Positions 10,450 through 23,100 of a stretch of 64,000 nucleotides of DNA are shown here, piece after piece. The stretch's first letter is position 1; the number at the start of each line of letters is the position of its first letter. Below the pieces are notes generated by a model. It saw only the letters and a list, made by a program, of their open reading frames with translations, did no database searches and was not told the DNA's origin. The position numbers were made by a program, and so were the translations under genes. This stretch comes from Eledone cirrhosa (lineage: Eukaryota): NCBI GenBank assembly GCA_964016885.1, contig OZ024742.1:252898001-252962000 (forward strand). Reading direction: 5' to 3'.

Positions 10450-10986
10450 ATAAAAAAAATTATCAGCAACTAAATGTATTAAACTAAGATTTGATTGTTT
10501 TATATTTTGTATCTCGGCTCTGTAATACATTTTAAAATTTACATTGACCCTTTTATATACATATCTAACTACGTATATAATATATACATATAAAATATAA
10601 AGGATTTTTTAATTTAAGATATAGGAATCTTATAAAATCAGAGAAAATCATTTCAATGTAAAATCAAAGCAGCGTGAAGGAAACTTACGTTATTTAGTTA
10701 TATAAATGTTACAATTGTTAAGATATTAAAGGACATTTTATGTAATACACACTTTGTTATTAAACAAATTTTTTTTATATAAGTTTTATAAGATTACCTG
10801 TTATGTAGTTATGACTGTTATTAAGTGCAATCGAATTGTATGCATATACACATATATATACATACACAATTCCCACATATACATACATATATGTGTGTAC
10901 CCACACAAATAGGTAGATATGCATCACATATATATATACATACAGATAGACATACACGCATAAAACATATGTACATGTATATCAAT

Positions 10987-11073
<87 letters not shown>

Positions 11074-11895
11074 GAGAGAGAAAAGTATATATAAATACAG
11101 TACATAGTATAATTGAAGTACATAAAATACAAAAGAATTATATTACGATTTGGAAATATAATTATAAGCAATATAACTTTAAAACAATATAACTTTAAAA
11201 ATATTATAGAATATTTCAAGTTATAATTTCAAAATAATAATATGTTTAATAAATTTAGTATAAAAATTTTCTACGTATATTTAACTTAATTTTATATCCA
11301 TAAGAGAAAGAAAAAGAAACTTTCAAAAGATAAACATTCGAAAATAGGAGAAACTATCAAAAAATATTTTACCCTTTTAAGAACTTTCAGTATATTTCTC
11401 TAGAAGAGTTTATTATATTTATTTATATTTAGGAAGAACAGTTTTTTTTACTTGAGTGTATAAGCAGTCAAAAAATGAAGGAATCTAATGATTTATCGAT
11501 AGGTTCAATATATTAATAGAATTAATTAATTAATTATATATTACATTTTAAATTTATATTTAAACGTTGAGTTCAATCTATGTCTACAGCAACTGAATAA
11601 ATTGTTCCTTAGGTTCAGGGAATTTTTGGTCTTTAATATAAAGAATATTTCCTCTATACAAAGATCACAATTTTCTGCAGAATCGCGAGCAATTTATAAT
11701 GTTATTTAAGCATTAGTAATGTTATTTATGTATATATTTAAAACATATTTGCTATGTTATTCTACTTTAAATTTATTTATATGCTTTGTATATATTATAT
11801 ATACACAAATAATGAATCTGTATATTAAAACATCGTTTGTATTATTCAATCAGTTTATTGAACAATTAGAATGCGCATCCTCAAGTACTTTATAC
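10450..11895. repeat. Unclassified AT-rich dispersed repeat; both ends recur at 61920-62790
   Basis: 10450-10550 matches 61920-62022, and 11679-11895 matches 62577-62792 nearly identically. Contains (TA)n at ~11000-11062. Confidence 0.75.
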
Positions 11896-11928
<33 letters not shown>

Positions 11929-12264
11929 GGGGTATGTATGTATCTATATATATGTGTGTGTATGTATATATGTGTGTATGTATATATATGTGTGTGTGTA
12001 TGTATATATATATGTGTATGTATGCATATATGTGTGTGTGTATGTATATATATGTGTATGTATATATATATATATATGAAGATAAATTAACGGAGCCATA
12101 GAGTCGCGTTATTCCCTGTAAATTATGTGCTCAAAGGGAAAGGAATCCTATACATATTGTATATGTATATATATATATATATGCATGTATATATATATGT
12201 ATATGTGTATATATATGCATGTATATGTGTATTTGTATATATGTATATGTGTGTATGTATGTAT
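11895..12264. repeat. Compound (TA)n/(TG)n microsatellite
   Basis: Direct reading of the sequence. Confidence 0.9.
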
Positions 12265-15200
12265 ATCATCATCATCGTTTAACGTCCATCTTCCACGATT
12301 GCATGGGTTTGGACGGGAGTTTTCCCACTTGAGGCAAGAGTGGTTGTCTTGCTCGTATAGGACTGTCTGGTGGGTTTTCTACGGCTGGATGCCCTTCCTA
12401 ACACCAACCACGTTTACAGTGTGGACTGGGAGGTTTTTACCGTGTTGCCTACACGGCCACATTACAGCGTGGACTGTGTTTTTTTGTCGTGACACCTACA
12501 CGACCTCATTTGTTTCGGACTGGATGTTGTGGTACCAACATAACTTTACATTGAAAGAGGTGGTGTGGATGGGGTGGGGGTGGGGGTAGTGGGATGGCGG
12601 TGTATTTTTGTTAGAGGTGCCTCCTGACTGTGGTTGGTTTCACTTTGTACTTAGGTAAGGCGGGTCTGTATTACTGTGTAGCGCCAAAGATCTCGGTCCA
12701 GTGACATTGTCTTGGAGAGGTGTGTGTGAGGTCGGAATTTATCAAGTCGTCCCAGGTTTTTCTGGGTCTGCCTACTCCGTGGCTACCGTCTAGTTTTATT
12801 GCCCTGCACTTTTTTATATAGCTGTCGTCTTTCATGCGCATCACGTGACCATACCAACGTAGTCTTCTCTCGAGTAAACAACATCTGATCCCTCTTATTT
12901 CTAATTTTTCCCTTAGTTCGTTTATGCTTTGCCGTTCATGTATACTACTATTACACATCCAGCGGAGCATGCAAGCTTCGTTCCTCTCCAGTCTGCGTAT
13001 ATCCTCTGCACACAATGCCCAGGTCTCACTGCCATGTAACATTGCTGTTCGTATGCAGGCATCATACAGCCTGCCTTTCATTTTTAGAGAGAACCCTTTA
13101 GCGGCTAATAGTGGTATAAGCTCTCTGAACTTTTTCCATCCAGTTCTGACTCTAGCTACTGTATTTTCAGAGCACCCTCCACCACTGCTGATTTTGTCAC
13201 CCAAGTAACGGAAGGTGTCCACTATTTCTATAGAACCATCTGTGCAATGGAATGAGCTAGTATTCAGTGGGCACTTGCTGCTACTTATTGCACCAGAGCA
13301 CCGGCCACATATAAAATCTATATTCTTAGTTAACTTGCCTGTGATCCCACTACATCTTTTATGCACCCATACTTTGCATTTGGGACATAAAATGGAGTTT
13401 CTGCCTACTTCTTTCCTACACACTGAGCATGGCCATTTCCCAGATGGGACCGGTGCCCTATTTTCCTTCCTACAAACTAGAACTTTAGTCTTAGACAGGT
13501 TAATTTTAAGGCCTTTTGATTCTAGGCCATGCTTCCATGTTTGGAATTTCTTCTCTAGTTCAGCCATTCATTCAGCTATGAGCGTTAGATCATCTGCGTA
13601 TAGGAGTTCCCATGGGCAGCCGGTCTTGAACTCCACTGTTTACTATCCAGGTGACCATAGTGTGTCCCACCATTCCAGATGCTTTCAGCATCTCAGCAAC
13701 TATTTCCGAAGGCCCAGCCGCCTTACCCGTCTTCATATCTCTGATAGCCTTACTTATTATACTACCTTCAACTAGCACTGCTGGTCCCTCTATTGGATCG
13801 ATGTGGGGGAGACTGTCTTTCTCCCATTTATTCTCCTCATTTAGTAGCCTTTCATAGTGACACTTCCAAGCTACTTTCTTATCAGCGTCAGTGATGACAA
13901 GTACACCATCATTAACGACACACTTCTCCCCGACAATATCACGGTTTTCCTTGACACATTGCCTAGCAATCACGTTTTTGGTCCTCACGTTGTAGAACAT
14001 GCTTGAACTTTCTTTCCTCTGCTTCCCTTCTTGCGAAGTACACTTGTCTCCAAGCTTCCCTCCTGGCCACTGGATAGTCTTCTCTACTTCCCCCATCCCA
14101 CCATACTTTCCAAGCCTGCTTTTTGGCCTTAATTGACTCCTCCACCTTACTGTTCCACCACCATGTTACTCTCCTCCTGCCTATAGGCCTGCTCCAACCG
14201 CAGACTTCATCTGTCGCCATCAGCGGGTTTGCTTTCAGGAAATCCCACTGTTCGTCTATATTGTATGACTCTAATTGCTCTTCCTTACTGTCGAAAGCAT
14301 CAAGTAACATGCTTTTAAATTTATTACTGGCTGTGGGGTCCTTTAGCTTCCATATTTTTCTCCTGAGGATAGTCCTCTTCTGTTGTAGAGAACGTCTCAT
14401 CTTGACTATGAGGTCGCTAATTATGAATCTATGTTGAGAGGTGCATTCTTCATGGGGGAGGGATTTAGTGTTTACAACAGACACTCTGTCACGTCTTCTG
14501 GTTAGGATATAATCTACCTGGCTGGTATGTTCCCCTGATCTGTAGGTGATCAAGTGATTGTCTCGCTTTTTTAAGTTAGTGTTACAGATAGTTAGGTTAT
14601 TTGCGTCACAGAATTCCAGGATTCTGGAGCCTTCCTTATTTCTAGTACCAAACCCATAGCCTCCATGGATTCCGTCATAGCCGTCACAATGTTGACCAAC
14701 GTGACCATTTAGGTCGCCAGCAATAATTATATAGTCACTGTCGGTTATTGGGAGGTAGTGAGCATCAGTGTCTCATAGAATCTGTCTTTTATAGCGCCAG
14801 GCAGTCCGGATTGGAGTGCGTATGCAGATATTAGTCACAGTAGTTCTATTTAGAACAAGTCTTATTTTAATTATTCTGTCGTTCACTCTATTTACGTCTA
14901 TTATCTTATCCACCCATTTTTCTGCTAACATGATTCCTACCCCACCCAGCCCATTGTCATTTCCCACCCAGAAAAGCTTATAGCATCGTTTTTTACCCTC
15001 AATGAATCTAGCAGACCCGCCCCTCCACCTGGTCTCTCGGATACAGCAAACATCAACCTCCTTACGTTCAAGCATTTCTACAACCTCGTTAGAGCGACCT
15101 TTTAAGGTGCCTACATTCATGGTACCAACTCTGAAGTTTTGCATTGCGTTTGGTGGGTGGGGCGCGGGGAGGGGTGAGGGGGATGGGGTTGGGGTTATGT

Positions 15201-15650
15201 TGGCCATCCGCGGCCGAAACAAAGAGGAGTCCTTGCCCTTTCGTCCGGCAGCATGAGGTGAATTTGTCGTTATCTTTGGCATTGTCTCTGAGTGTCCAGA
15301 TTCTTCAGACTATCCAGAATTCCTTAGTCCATCCATCATATCGAAAAGCAACCAGGAGTGATAGCATAGGCCGCTGACTTATGATTGGTCCAAATAATAA
15401 TGGTGGAGAGTGGGGGCGAGCGGGAGGGATATGGGGTAGTTAGCGAGCGAGAAGGTTTTAAATAAAGCAGATAAAGGTAACATGCAATATACTGGGATTT
15501 TAAAATACACCCAATTATTTAGAACAGCCAGACAGAATTATAGAATAGCATTGAGAAAGTAGGAATGGATTCTGGGCGATTATACAGATATATGGATGAA
15601 TGAACCGAAGGGTGGGGAGTCAAGAAAATGGTATTTTTACATTACATTTC
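12265..15650 (-). mobile_element. Near-full-length RTE LINE, frameshifted, with internal deletion of the RT core
   Basis: APE N-terminus (VGTMNVGTLKGRSNEVVEMLER, CCIRETRW), SQVDYIL, PIEGPA, WELLYADD, PHD finger, RRLRWYGHVMR and (TGA)n tail at 12265-12275. About 0.5 kb of RT is missing at ~13635. The 5' boundary is approximate. Confidence 0.92.
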
Positions 15651-15765
15651 GTAGAAGTGTATATATGAATGTATATATATGTATGTGTATATATATAGAT
15701 GTAATCTGAATTTTATAGATGTAATCTGAATAGTATGGTAGAATATTAAGTGTTAAATGTTAATT

Positions 15766-15803
15766 GAACAAGTACTTTCATGCTTTTGCAATCTTCAGGT
15801 TCA
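15766..15803 (-). ncRNA. Minimal type I hammerhead ribozyme in Penelope pLTR
   Basis: Minus strand: TGAAC-CTGAAGA-tTGC aaaa GCAt-GAA-AGTACT-T-GTTCA. Stem I is TGAAC/GTTCA and stem III is the palindrome AGTACT. Confidence 0.75.
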
Positions 15804-16715
15804 TATTCTGTGGTGACAGTCAAGTTTGCAATTTTCAACTGTAATGAGATGGGTAAATTTTGTGCCTTATATACAGTCAAAAGCGGCTACAGAATGCTAA
15901 ATTTTGAAAACTGTATTTCGACCAATTGGTGTGTAGTTTCACTGGATTACTGAAGCTGATTGGTTTAGGCGTCATTGTTGGTTGAGCATGTCTAACGACT
16001 TCTATCCAAAGCATCAATTGTTTTGCTATTTTTAGAAATGATGAAAATAGCATTTTATAGGGTTTTTATACCCCTAAGAATTATTATTGTTCATTTAGCT
16101 TGGGCTGGAATTTATCAATAAAATTCTTTTCTTTGATTTTTCTCTTGATTTCACTTGGCCTGTGTAATTTGTAGAATGGAAATATAAATATTTTCTGACC
16201 ACATGTTGCTAGATGGTTACTCAGGGGTATCTGACGGACATTTGGGGGTCTCTGATTTGCTGTCGGTGCAACCGTGCACGTTCCAATAGTGCATTTCCAA
16301 TTTGACCGACATATAGTTCTTCACAATTCGGGCATTTAATGCAGTAAATTAGATTTCTGCTTTTGCAGTTCATATTTGCATTTGGGAATATTTTTCAAAA
16401 TTCCAACCCAAGCTAAATGAACAATAATAATTCTTACATATAAACACCCTAGAAAATGCTATTTTCATCATTTCTAAAAATAGCAAAACAATTAATGCTT
16501 TGAATAGGGCCAAATAGAAGTCGTTAGACATGCCCAACCAACCGTGATGCCTAAACCAATCAGCTTCAGTAATCCAGTGAAACTACACACCAATTTGTCG
16601 AAATACAGTTTTCAAAATGTAGCATTCTGTAGCCGCTTTTCACTGTATATAAGGCACAAAATTTACCCATCTCATTACAATTGAAAATTGTAAACTTGAC
16701 TGTCACCACAGAATA

Positions 16716-16754
16716 TGAACCTGAAGATTGCGAAAGCATGAAATTACTTGTTCA
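16716..16754 (+). ncRNA. Minimal hammerhead ribozyme, second pLTR copy (stem III mutated)
   Basis: TGAAC-CTGAAGA-tTGC gaaa GCAt-GAA-ATTACT-T-GTTCA. Confidence 0.6.
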
Positions 16755-16841
16755 ATTAACACTTAACACTTAATATTCTACCATACTATTTCATTCTAAT
16801 ACCATTATAATCTTCTATAAACAATCATACACACCCGTGTA

Positions 16842-16899
<58 letters not shown>

Positions 16900-16902
<3 letters not shown>

Positions 16903-17098
16903 CTTTTAAGCTATTTTGCAGTATCTCTGTTCAGGAACACACCGCTTATATTAAATTTATCTCCCTGGAGCTTTGTAAAAGTCTGAGAAATTGGCTACAT
17001 ATATGTTTTATATATATATTTTTTTTTTGTTTAGATGGAAGACAAAACAAAGAAGATGAATATAAAGATGAAGAAGAGAAAGATAAAGATGAAGAACC
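16900..17098 (+). other. Intron-end/acceptor + purine-rich exon-like module, copy 1
   Basis: tatctccctggagctttgtaaaagtctgagaaattggctacatatatgttt...tttAG|ATGGAAGAC. Homologous to modules at 19190 and 19545. Confidence 0.5.
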
Positions 17099-17358
17099 TC
17101 ACTGCACCGCACTGCACAACACCGCACTGCACCACACCACATCGCAGTGCACCGCACCACATCACACCACACTTCACTACACCACATAAAAACATACAAC
17201 ACTACACCACACTACTCTACATAAAAACACACCACACTACTCCACACCACATAACACCACAACACACCACACCTCACTACATCACACCACATAAAAACAC
17301 ACTTCACTACATCACACCACATAAAAACACCACACTACTCCACACCACATAACACCCC
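17099..17358. repeat. Degenerate (CACCA/CACTA)n pentamer microsatellite
   Basis: Direct reading. Similar tracts at 18494-18800, 19095-19165, 19860-20075 and 24345-24530. Confidence 0.85.
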
Positions 17359-17699
17359 AAATTTTTTCCTCATCTTTTTTTCATGTGTTATCAACTAATC
17401 CGAACTCCAAGATGTTTGTTATTGACTCTCTCTTCATGGAAAACTTAGGTGGATGCACTTTTCTCATTTAACCCCAGAGTTTTCTCTAAGATTTTTCGTA
17501 TGTTATCAACGAATATGACCTCCAAACCAGTTGGAAATGATTAGTTGTTCTAGGAAAAAGGAGGGGTAAAGCAGGTGGAAAACCATTGTCGTTTTGTAGA
17601 TTTATACCCTAATGATTTTTCTTCGGTCTCCTTTTCAGTGCTATCAACTAATCTGACCTTTTAGTTGCTCTGAATCAATTTTTTTTCTGGGATTTGGAA

Positions 17700-18070
17700 A
17701 CTAAAACTAAATTAAACATAAAATTAAATCTAGCGCCAACTCTAAATCTAAACCAAACCAAGCTAAATTTAAATATAAACATTACCCCATCCCTTAAACT
17801 AAACCCTAAACTATACCCCAACCATAAAACTAAACCCTAAACATTACCCCAACCCTAAAAATAAACCTTAACCTTTACCCCAAACCTAAAACTAAACCCT
17901 AAACATTACCCCAACCCTAAAACTAGACCCTAAACATTACCCCAACCCTAATCTTTACCCCAACCCTAAAACTAGACCCTAAACATTACCCCAACCATAA
18001 AACTAAACCCTAAACTTTACCCCAACCCTAAAACAAACCCTAAACATTACCCCAACCCTCAACCTAACCC
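17700..18070. repeat. Telomere-like ~31-bp tandem repeat (AACCCTAAAACTAAACCCTAAACATTACCCC)
   Basis: About 9 copies from ~17780, preceded by degenerate (CTAAA)n. Contains AACCCTAA motifs. Confidence 0.85.
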
Positions 18071-18115
18071 AGGGAAATAAGTTGATTGGAAGCATCTAGG
18101 AGGTCAGATTAATTA

Positions 18116-18200
18116 ATAGCACAGGAAATAGCATAGGAAATAGCATAGGAAATAGCATAGGAAATAGCATAGGAATAGCATAGGAAATAGCACAGGAAAA
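18116..18200. repeat. 12-bp tandem repeat (GGAAATAGCATA), about 6 copies
   Basis: Direct reading of the sequence. Confidence 0.9.
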
Positions 18201-19189
18201 ATACCGAAAATGATTAAGTCCCACAACATGTGAGTGGGGTGTAGATCTGCAAAACTCTTCCCCTCTCCCTCTCCTCTTTCTCCAAAGCTAGTTGTTTTTG
18301 ACTAGTTTGGAAGTCATATTCACTGATAACGCAAGGAAATAGAATCAAAGAAAAAATTCCGAGTAAGCAGGGGTTATCCGGGTGAAGGGGGAACCACCTC
18401 ACCCCGCCGTTTTCCTGGGGAGAAAAAGTCAGTTTCAAGCATCTTGGAGATTGGATTAGTTGATAGCACATGAAAAATAAGATGAAAAAATTTCACATCA
18501 CATCACATCTCGTCTCGCCTCGCCTCACCTCATTTCACCACGCCACGCCACATTTCATCACATCACATCACATTTCAGCATGCCACGCCACATTTCATCA
18601 CATCACATCACATTTCACCACGCCACGCCACATCACATGCAATCACACCACATGCTACCACACTACATCCCACCACACTCTACTACACCATATCTCCCAC
18701 CCTACATTGAACCACTCCACCACATTCCACGACACCACACCACTGTCCACTACACTAAACCACACTCCACTACACTACACCACCCCCCACCCCACCACTG
18801 TCTATTCGACTGTTTTCTATTTCGTAGGTATGTCCAGTTACAGTAAGAGAAAGTTATTTCAAAGGATCTGAGTAAGTAAACACTTCATTGACCATCATTT
18901 TAAGCAGAATCTCAGTGTAGTTTTAAATTGACCTTTTCATATGATTACACCTCAGTCTTAACTTAATCACCTGTAGATGGTTGCTACATGTAATGTTAAA
19001 ATTAGTTAAACACTGTTTCCCCCTTCTCATCACATATGGATGCTACATGTGTATTGTTAACATTAATCTAACATTGTGTCCCCCCCCCCCCCGCCTCACC
19101 ATATCATACCACACCACATCACACCATGTTGTACCACACCAGACCACATAACACCATGCTATACCATATATATATATATATATATATAT

Positions 19190-19386
19190 GAGCTCCCCAC
19201 TCGTTATATTAACTGTATCTCCTCAGTGTTTCTTGAAAGTCTGAGAGATCAGCTATATATTTGTTTACAATTTTTTTTTAATATTTAGATGGAAAAGAAG
19301 AAAAAGACGATGAAGCAGACGACTAAAATGAAAATGACGACAAAGAAGACACGGGAAACGATGACGAAAAGAAGAAGAAAGTATGA
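19190..19386 (+). other. Acceptor + exon-like module, copy 2 (candidate exon 19289-19380)
   Basis: atatttAG|ATGGAAAAG...GAAGAAA|GTATGA; upstream sequence homologous to 16940-17034. Confidence 0.5.
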
Positions 19387-19544
19387 TCTCAGTTCAGTCT
19401 AAACCTAATGATTTATAGATATGATCTTCGTTCAGTCTTAACCTAATGACCTGTAGATACGATCTGTTTAGGTTTAACTTAAACATTCAAAGATATTTGT
19501 ATATACTTTTGTTGATGTTTGACATTGTTTTTTTAGTTATGAAA

Positions 19545-19812
19545 TAGCTTATAAGCTACATTATAGGATCACAGTGCATGAGCACACTGCTCTTTAAATT
19601 AACTTTATCTCCTCAGCACTTTGTAAAGTCTGAGAGATAGGCAACATATATGTTTAACATTCTTTGTTTTTGGTATTTAGATGGCAGAGGAGAAGATAAA
19701 GGCACAGAAGAAGTCAAAGGCACAGAAGCAGTCAAAGGCACAGAAGCAGTCAAAGGCACAGAAGAAAACAAAGGCACAGAAGAAGACAAAGAAAATGAAC
19801 AAGAAGAACAAT
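19545..19812 (+). other. Acceptor + exon-like module, copy 3, with 18-bp repeats
   Basis: ggtatttAG|ATGGCAGAG followed by five AAAGGCACAGAAG(A/C)A-type 18-bp units. Confidence 0.5.
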
Positions 19813-20114
19813 TATTATTACTATTATTATTGTTATTATTATTTGTATTATTATAATCAAACTAAGCCCCACTACATCAACCTATACCATACCATGCCAC
19901 ACCACACTGACAAACATTATACCATACCACATTATCCAACACCACACTACGAAACACTGTACAACCTCACATCAGACCATGCTATGAAACAATATACCAT
20001 ACTACACTATACAACAATAGACAACACCACACAAGACTATGAAACACTATACTTTACCACACTATATCACACCACTCAAGTTAGAGAGGATCAACTTTTT
20101 TTCTGGAAAGTAGA

Positions 20115-23100
20115 AAACCTAACTTTAAGCTAAAACCGAACTTTAAAAATAACACTTACCCTAACACTTGCACTCACACATGCTCTAACACTTGCACTCA
20201 CACATGCTCTAACAGTGAACTTAGCGCTAACATGAAAACTAACACAAACACAAAATCTGAAAACTAACATTAAATAGAAAACTAACACAAACACTAATCT
20301 GAACACTAACACTAACCTGAACACCAGCACTAAAACTAACACTACCGTAAACACGAATACAAACACTAACACTAACCTGAACACTTACACTAAAACTAAC
20401 ATTAGCACAAACATTAGCCTCAACACTAGCACTAAAACTAACACTACCATAAACACTAACACTGAGCTGAGCACTAACACAAACACTAATCTGAAAACTG
20501 ATACTAACCAGAAAACTAAGCTAACATTAACTTCAACACTAACGCTAACAGAGATACTAACACAAAAACAAACACTAACACAATCTCTAACACTGACCTC
20601 AACACTAACTCTAACCTGAAAACTAAGCTAACATTAACCTGAACACTAACATAAACACTAATGCTAACACTAACAGAAATACTAATGCTAACATTAACGC
20701 TAACCTTATCACAAAAACAAAGACTAACACTAATGCTAACAGAGATACTAACACAAAATCAAATACTAACACTAACACAATCTCTAACACTAACCTTAAC
20801 ACTAAAACTAACACTAACATTAACTTGAACACTAACACTAACCTGAACACTTACACTAAAACTAACACTAACAGAGATACTAACACAAATATTAACACAA
20901 AAACAAACACTAACACAAAAACTAACACTAACCTGAAAACTAAGCTAACATTAACCTGAACACTAACACAAACACTAATCTGAAAACTGATACTAACCAG
21001 AAAACTAAGCAAACATTAACTTCAACACTAAAACAAACACTAACGCTAACAGAGATACTAACACAAATATTAACACAAACACATACACTAATGCAATTTC
21101 TAACACTAACCTCAACACTAACACTAAAACTAACATTAACTTGAACACTAACTCTAACCTGAAAACTAAATTAACATTAACCTGAACACTAACATAAACA
21201 CTAGTGCTAACACTAACAGAAATACTAATGCTAACATTATCGCTAACCTAAACACAAAAACAAAGACTAACGCTAACACAATCACTAACACTAATGGAAA
21301 CATCAAACACTAATGCTAACAGAGATACTAACACAAATATTAACACAAAATCAAATACTAACACTAACACAATCTCTAACACTAACCTTAACACTAAAAC
21401 TAACTTGAATACTAACACTAACCTGAAACTAACACTAACAGAGATACTAACACAAATATTAACACAAAAACAAACACTAACACAATCTCTAACACTAAAA
21501 CTAACATTAACTTGAACGCTAACACTAACCTGAAAACTAAGCTAACATTAACCTGAACACTAACACAAACACTCATGCTAACACTAACAGAAATACTAAT
21601 GCTAACATTAACACAAAAACAAAGACTAACACTAACACAATCACTAACACGAATGGAAACATCAATCACTAATGCTAACAGAGATACTAACACAAAAACA
21701 AACACAAACTCTAACACTAACCTTAACACTAAAACTAACATTAACACTAACACTAACCTGAACACTTACACTAAAACTAACATTAACCTAAACACTAGCA
21801 CTAAAACTAACACTACCATAAACAGTAACACTAACACTGATCTGAGCACTAACAGTAACACTACCATAAAAACTAACACTAATAACAACACTAACACTAA
21901 CCTTAACACAAAAACTGATACTAACCAGAAAACTAAGCTAACATCAAAACTAAGCTCAACACTAGAACAAACACTAACATTAACAGAAAAACAAAGACTA
22001 GCACTAACACTAATGGAAACACAAACATTAACACAAAATAAAACACTAACACTAAAACTAACACTACCGTAAACACTAACCTGAACACTAACACTAAAAC
22101 TGACATTAACACGAACATTAACCTGAACACTAACACTACCATAAATCACTAACACTTAAAGTAACACAAGCCCTAATCTGAAAACTAACACTAACCAGAA
22201 AACTATGTCAACATTAACCTGAACACTAACACTAACAAAAATGCTAACACTAATACAAAATCAAACACTAACACGAACACTAATGGAAACACTAACGCTG
22301 ACACTGACGAAGATGGTTATGCTGACACAATCCCTTACCCTGACAAACACTAACGTGAATACTGATGCAGGTGCAAAGGCCAATGCTGACAGAGACTCTG
22401 ACGCACACGCTGATGTAAATGCTACACAGACTCTAACACTGACGTGGACACTGACACAAATGCTCACGCTGATGCAAACACTAAAGCAAATGCAGACACT
22501 AATGCAAACACAGACGCAAATGTTGATGCAGATGTTAAAGCAAACGCAAATGCTGACACAAATGATGACAGCGATGCTAATGTGAACCTTAACGCAGACG
22601 TAAACATTGACGTAGAAGCTAAAGGAAACACTGATGCAAACACTAATGAAAATGCTGACACAGACGCTAACATACGTTAACACAGATGCTAACGTAAACA
22701 CTGACGCAGATGCTAATATAAACACTGACGCAGATGCTAATATAAACACTGACACAGATGCTAACACATGTTGACACAGATGCTAACGTAAACGATGACG
22801 CAGACGCTAACGTAAACGATGACGTAGAAGCTAACGTAAACGCTGACACAGACGCAAATGTAAATGCTGACGCTGATGTAGATGTAAATACAGACGCTGA
22901 CGTAGAAGCTAACACAAACGCTGACACAGACACTAATGTAAGCGCTGACGTAGAAGCTAATGTAGATGCTGACGTAGAAGCTAACGTAAACGATGATGGA
23001 GATGTTAACGTAGAAGCTGACGTAGATGCTGATGTAGAAGCAAACGTAAATGCTGACGTAGAAGCTAACAAAACGCTGACGTAGTTGTTACGTAGAAGCA

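Larger units (their letters stand above)
15729..16790 (-). mobile_element. Penelope-like element: GIY-YIG fragment flanked by inverted pseudo-LTRs
   Basis: 15729-16113 is the inverted repeat of 16398-16790. Minus-strand translation between them gives MNCKSRNLIYCIKCPNCEELYVGQIGNALLERARLHRQQI...HLATC...FIDKFQPKLN. Confidence 0.9.
17360..18493. mobile_element. Modular foldback element: three nested inverted subunits around a telomere-like core
   Basis: Left arm 17360-17690 pairs with right arm 18067-18493, e.g. catgtgttatcaactaatccgaactccaagatg / catcttggagattggattagttgatagcacatg and gtgctatcaactaatctgacc / ggtcagattaattaatagcac. Confidence 0.8.

Noticed and set aside
10775-12260. YI/CV/HT-rich ORFs (also at 17008-17352, 18470-18871, 48374-48624, 62610-62960)
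   Set aside because: Translations of microsatellites.
17700-18070. Interstitial telomere or chromosome-fusion site
   Set aside because: Not (TTAGGG)n. It is a 31-bp composite unit in one orientation enclosed by the arms of a foldback element.
20130-22300. LV/TN/LT dipeptide ORFs as proteins
   Set aside because: By-products of the (ACTAAC)n array, open in several frames on both strands.
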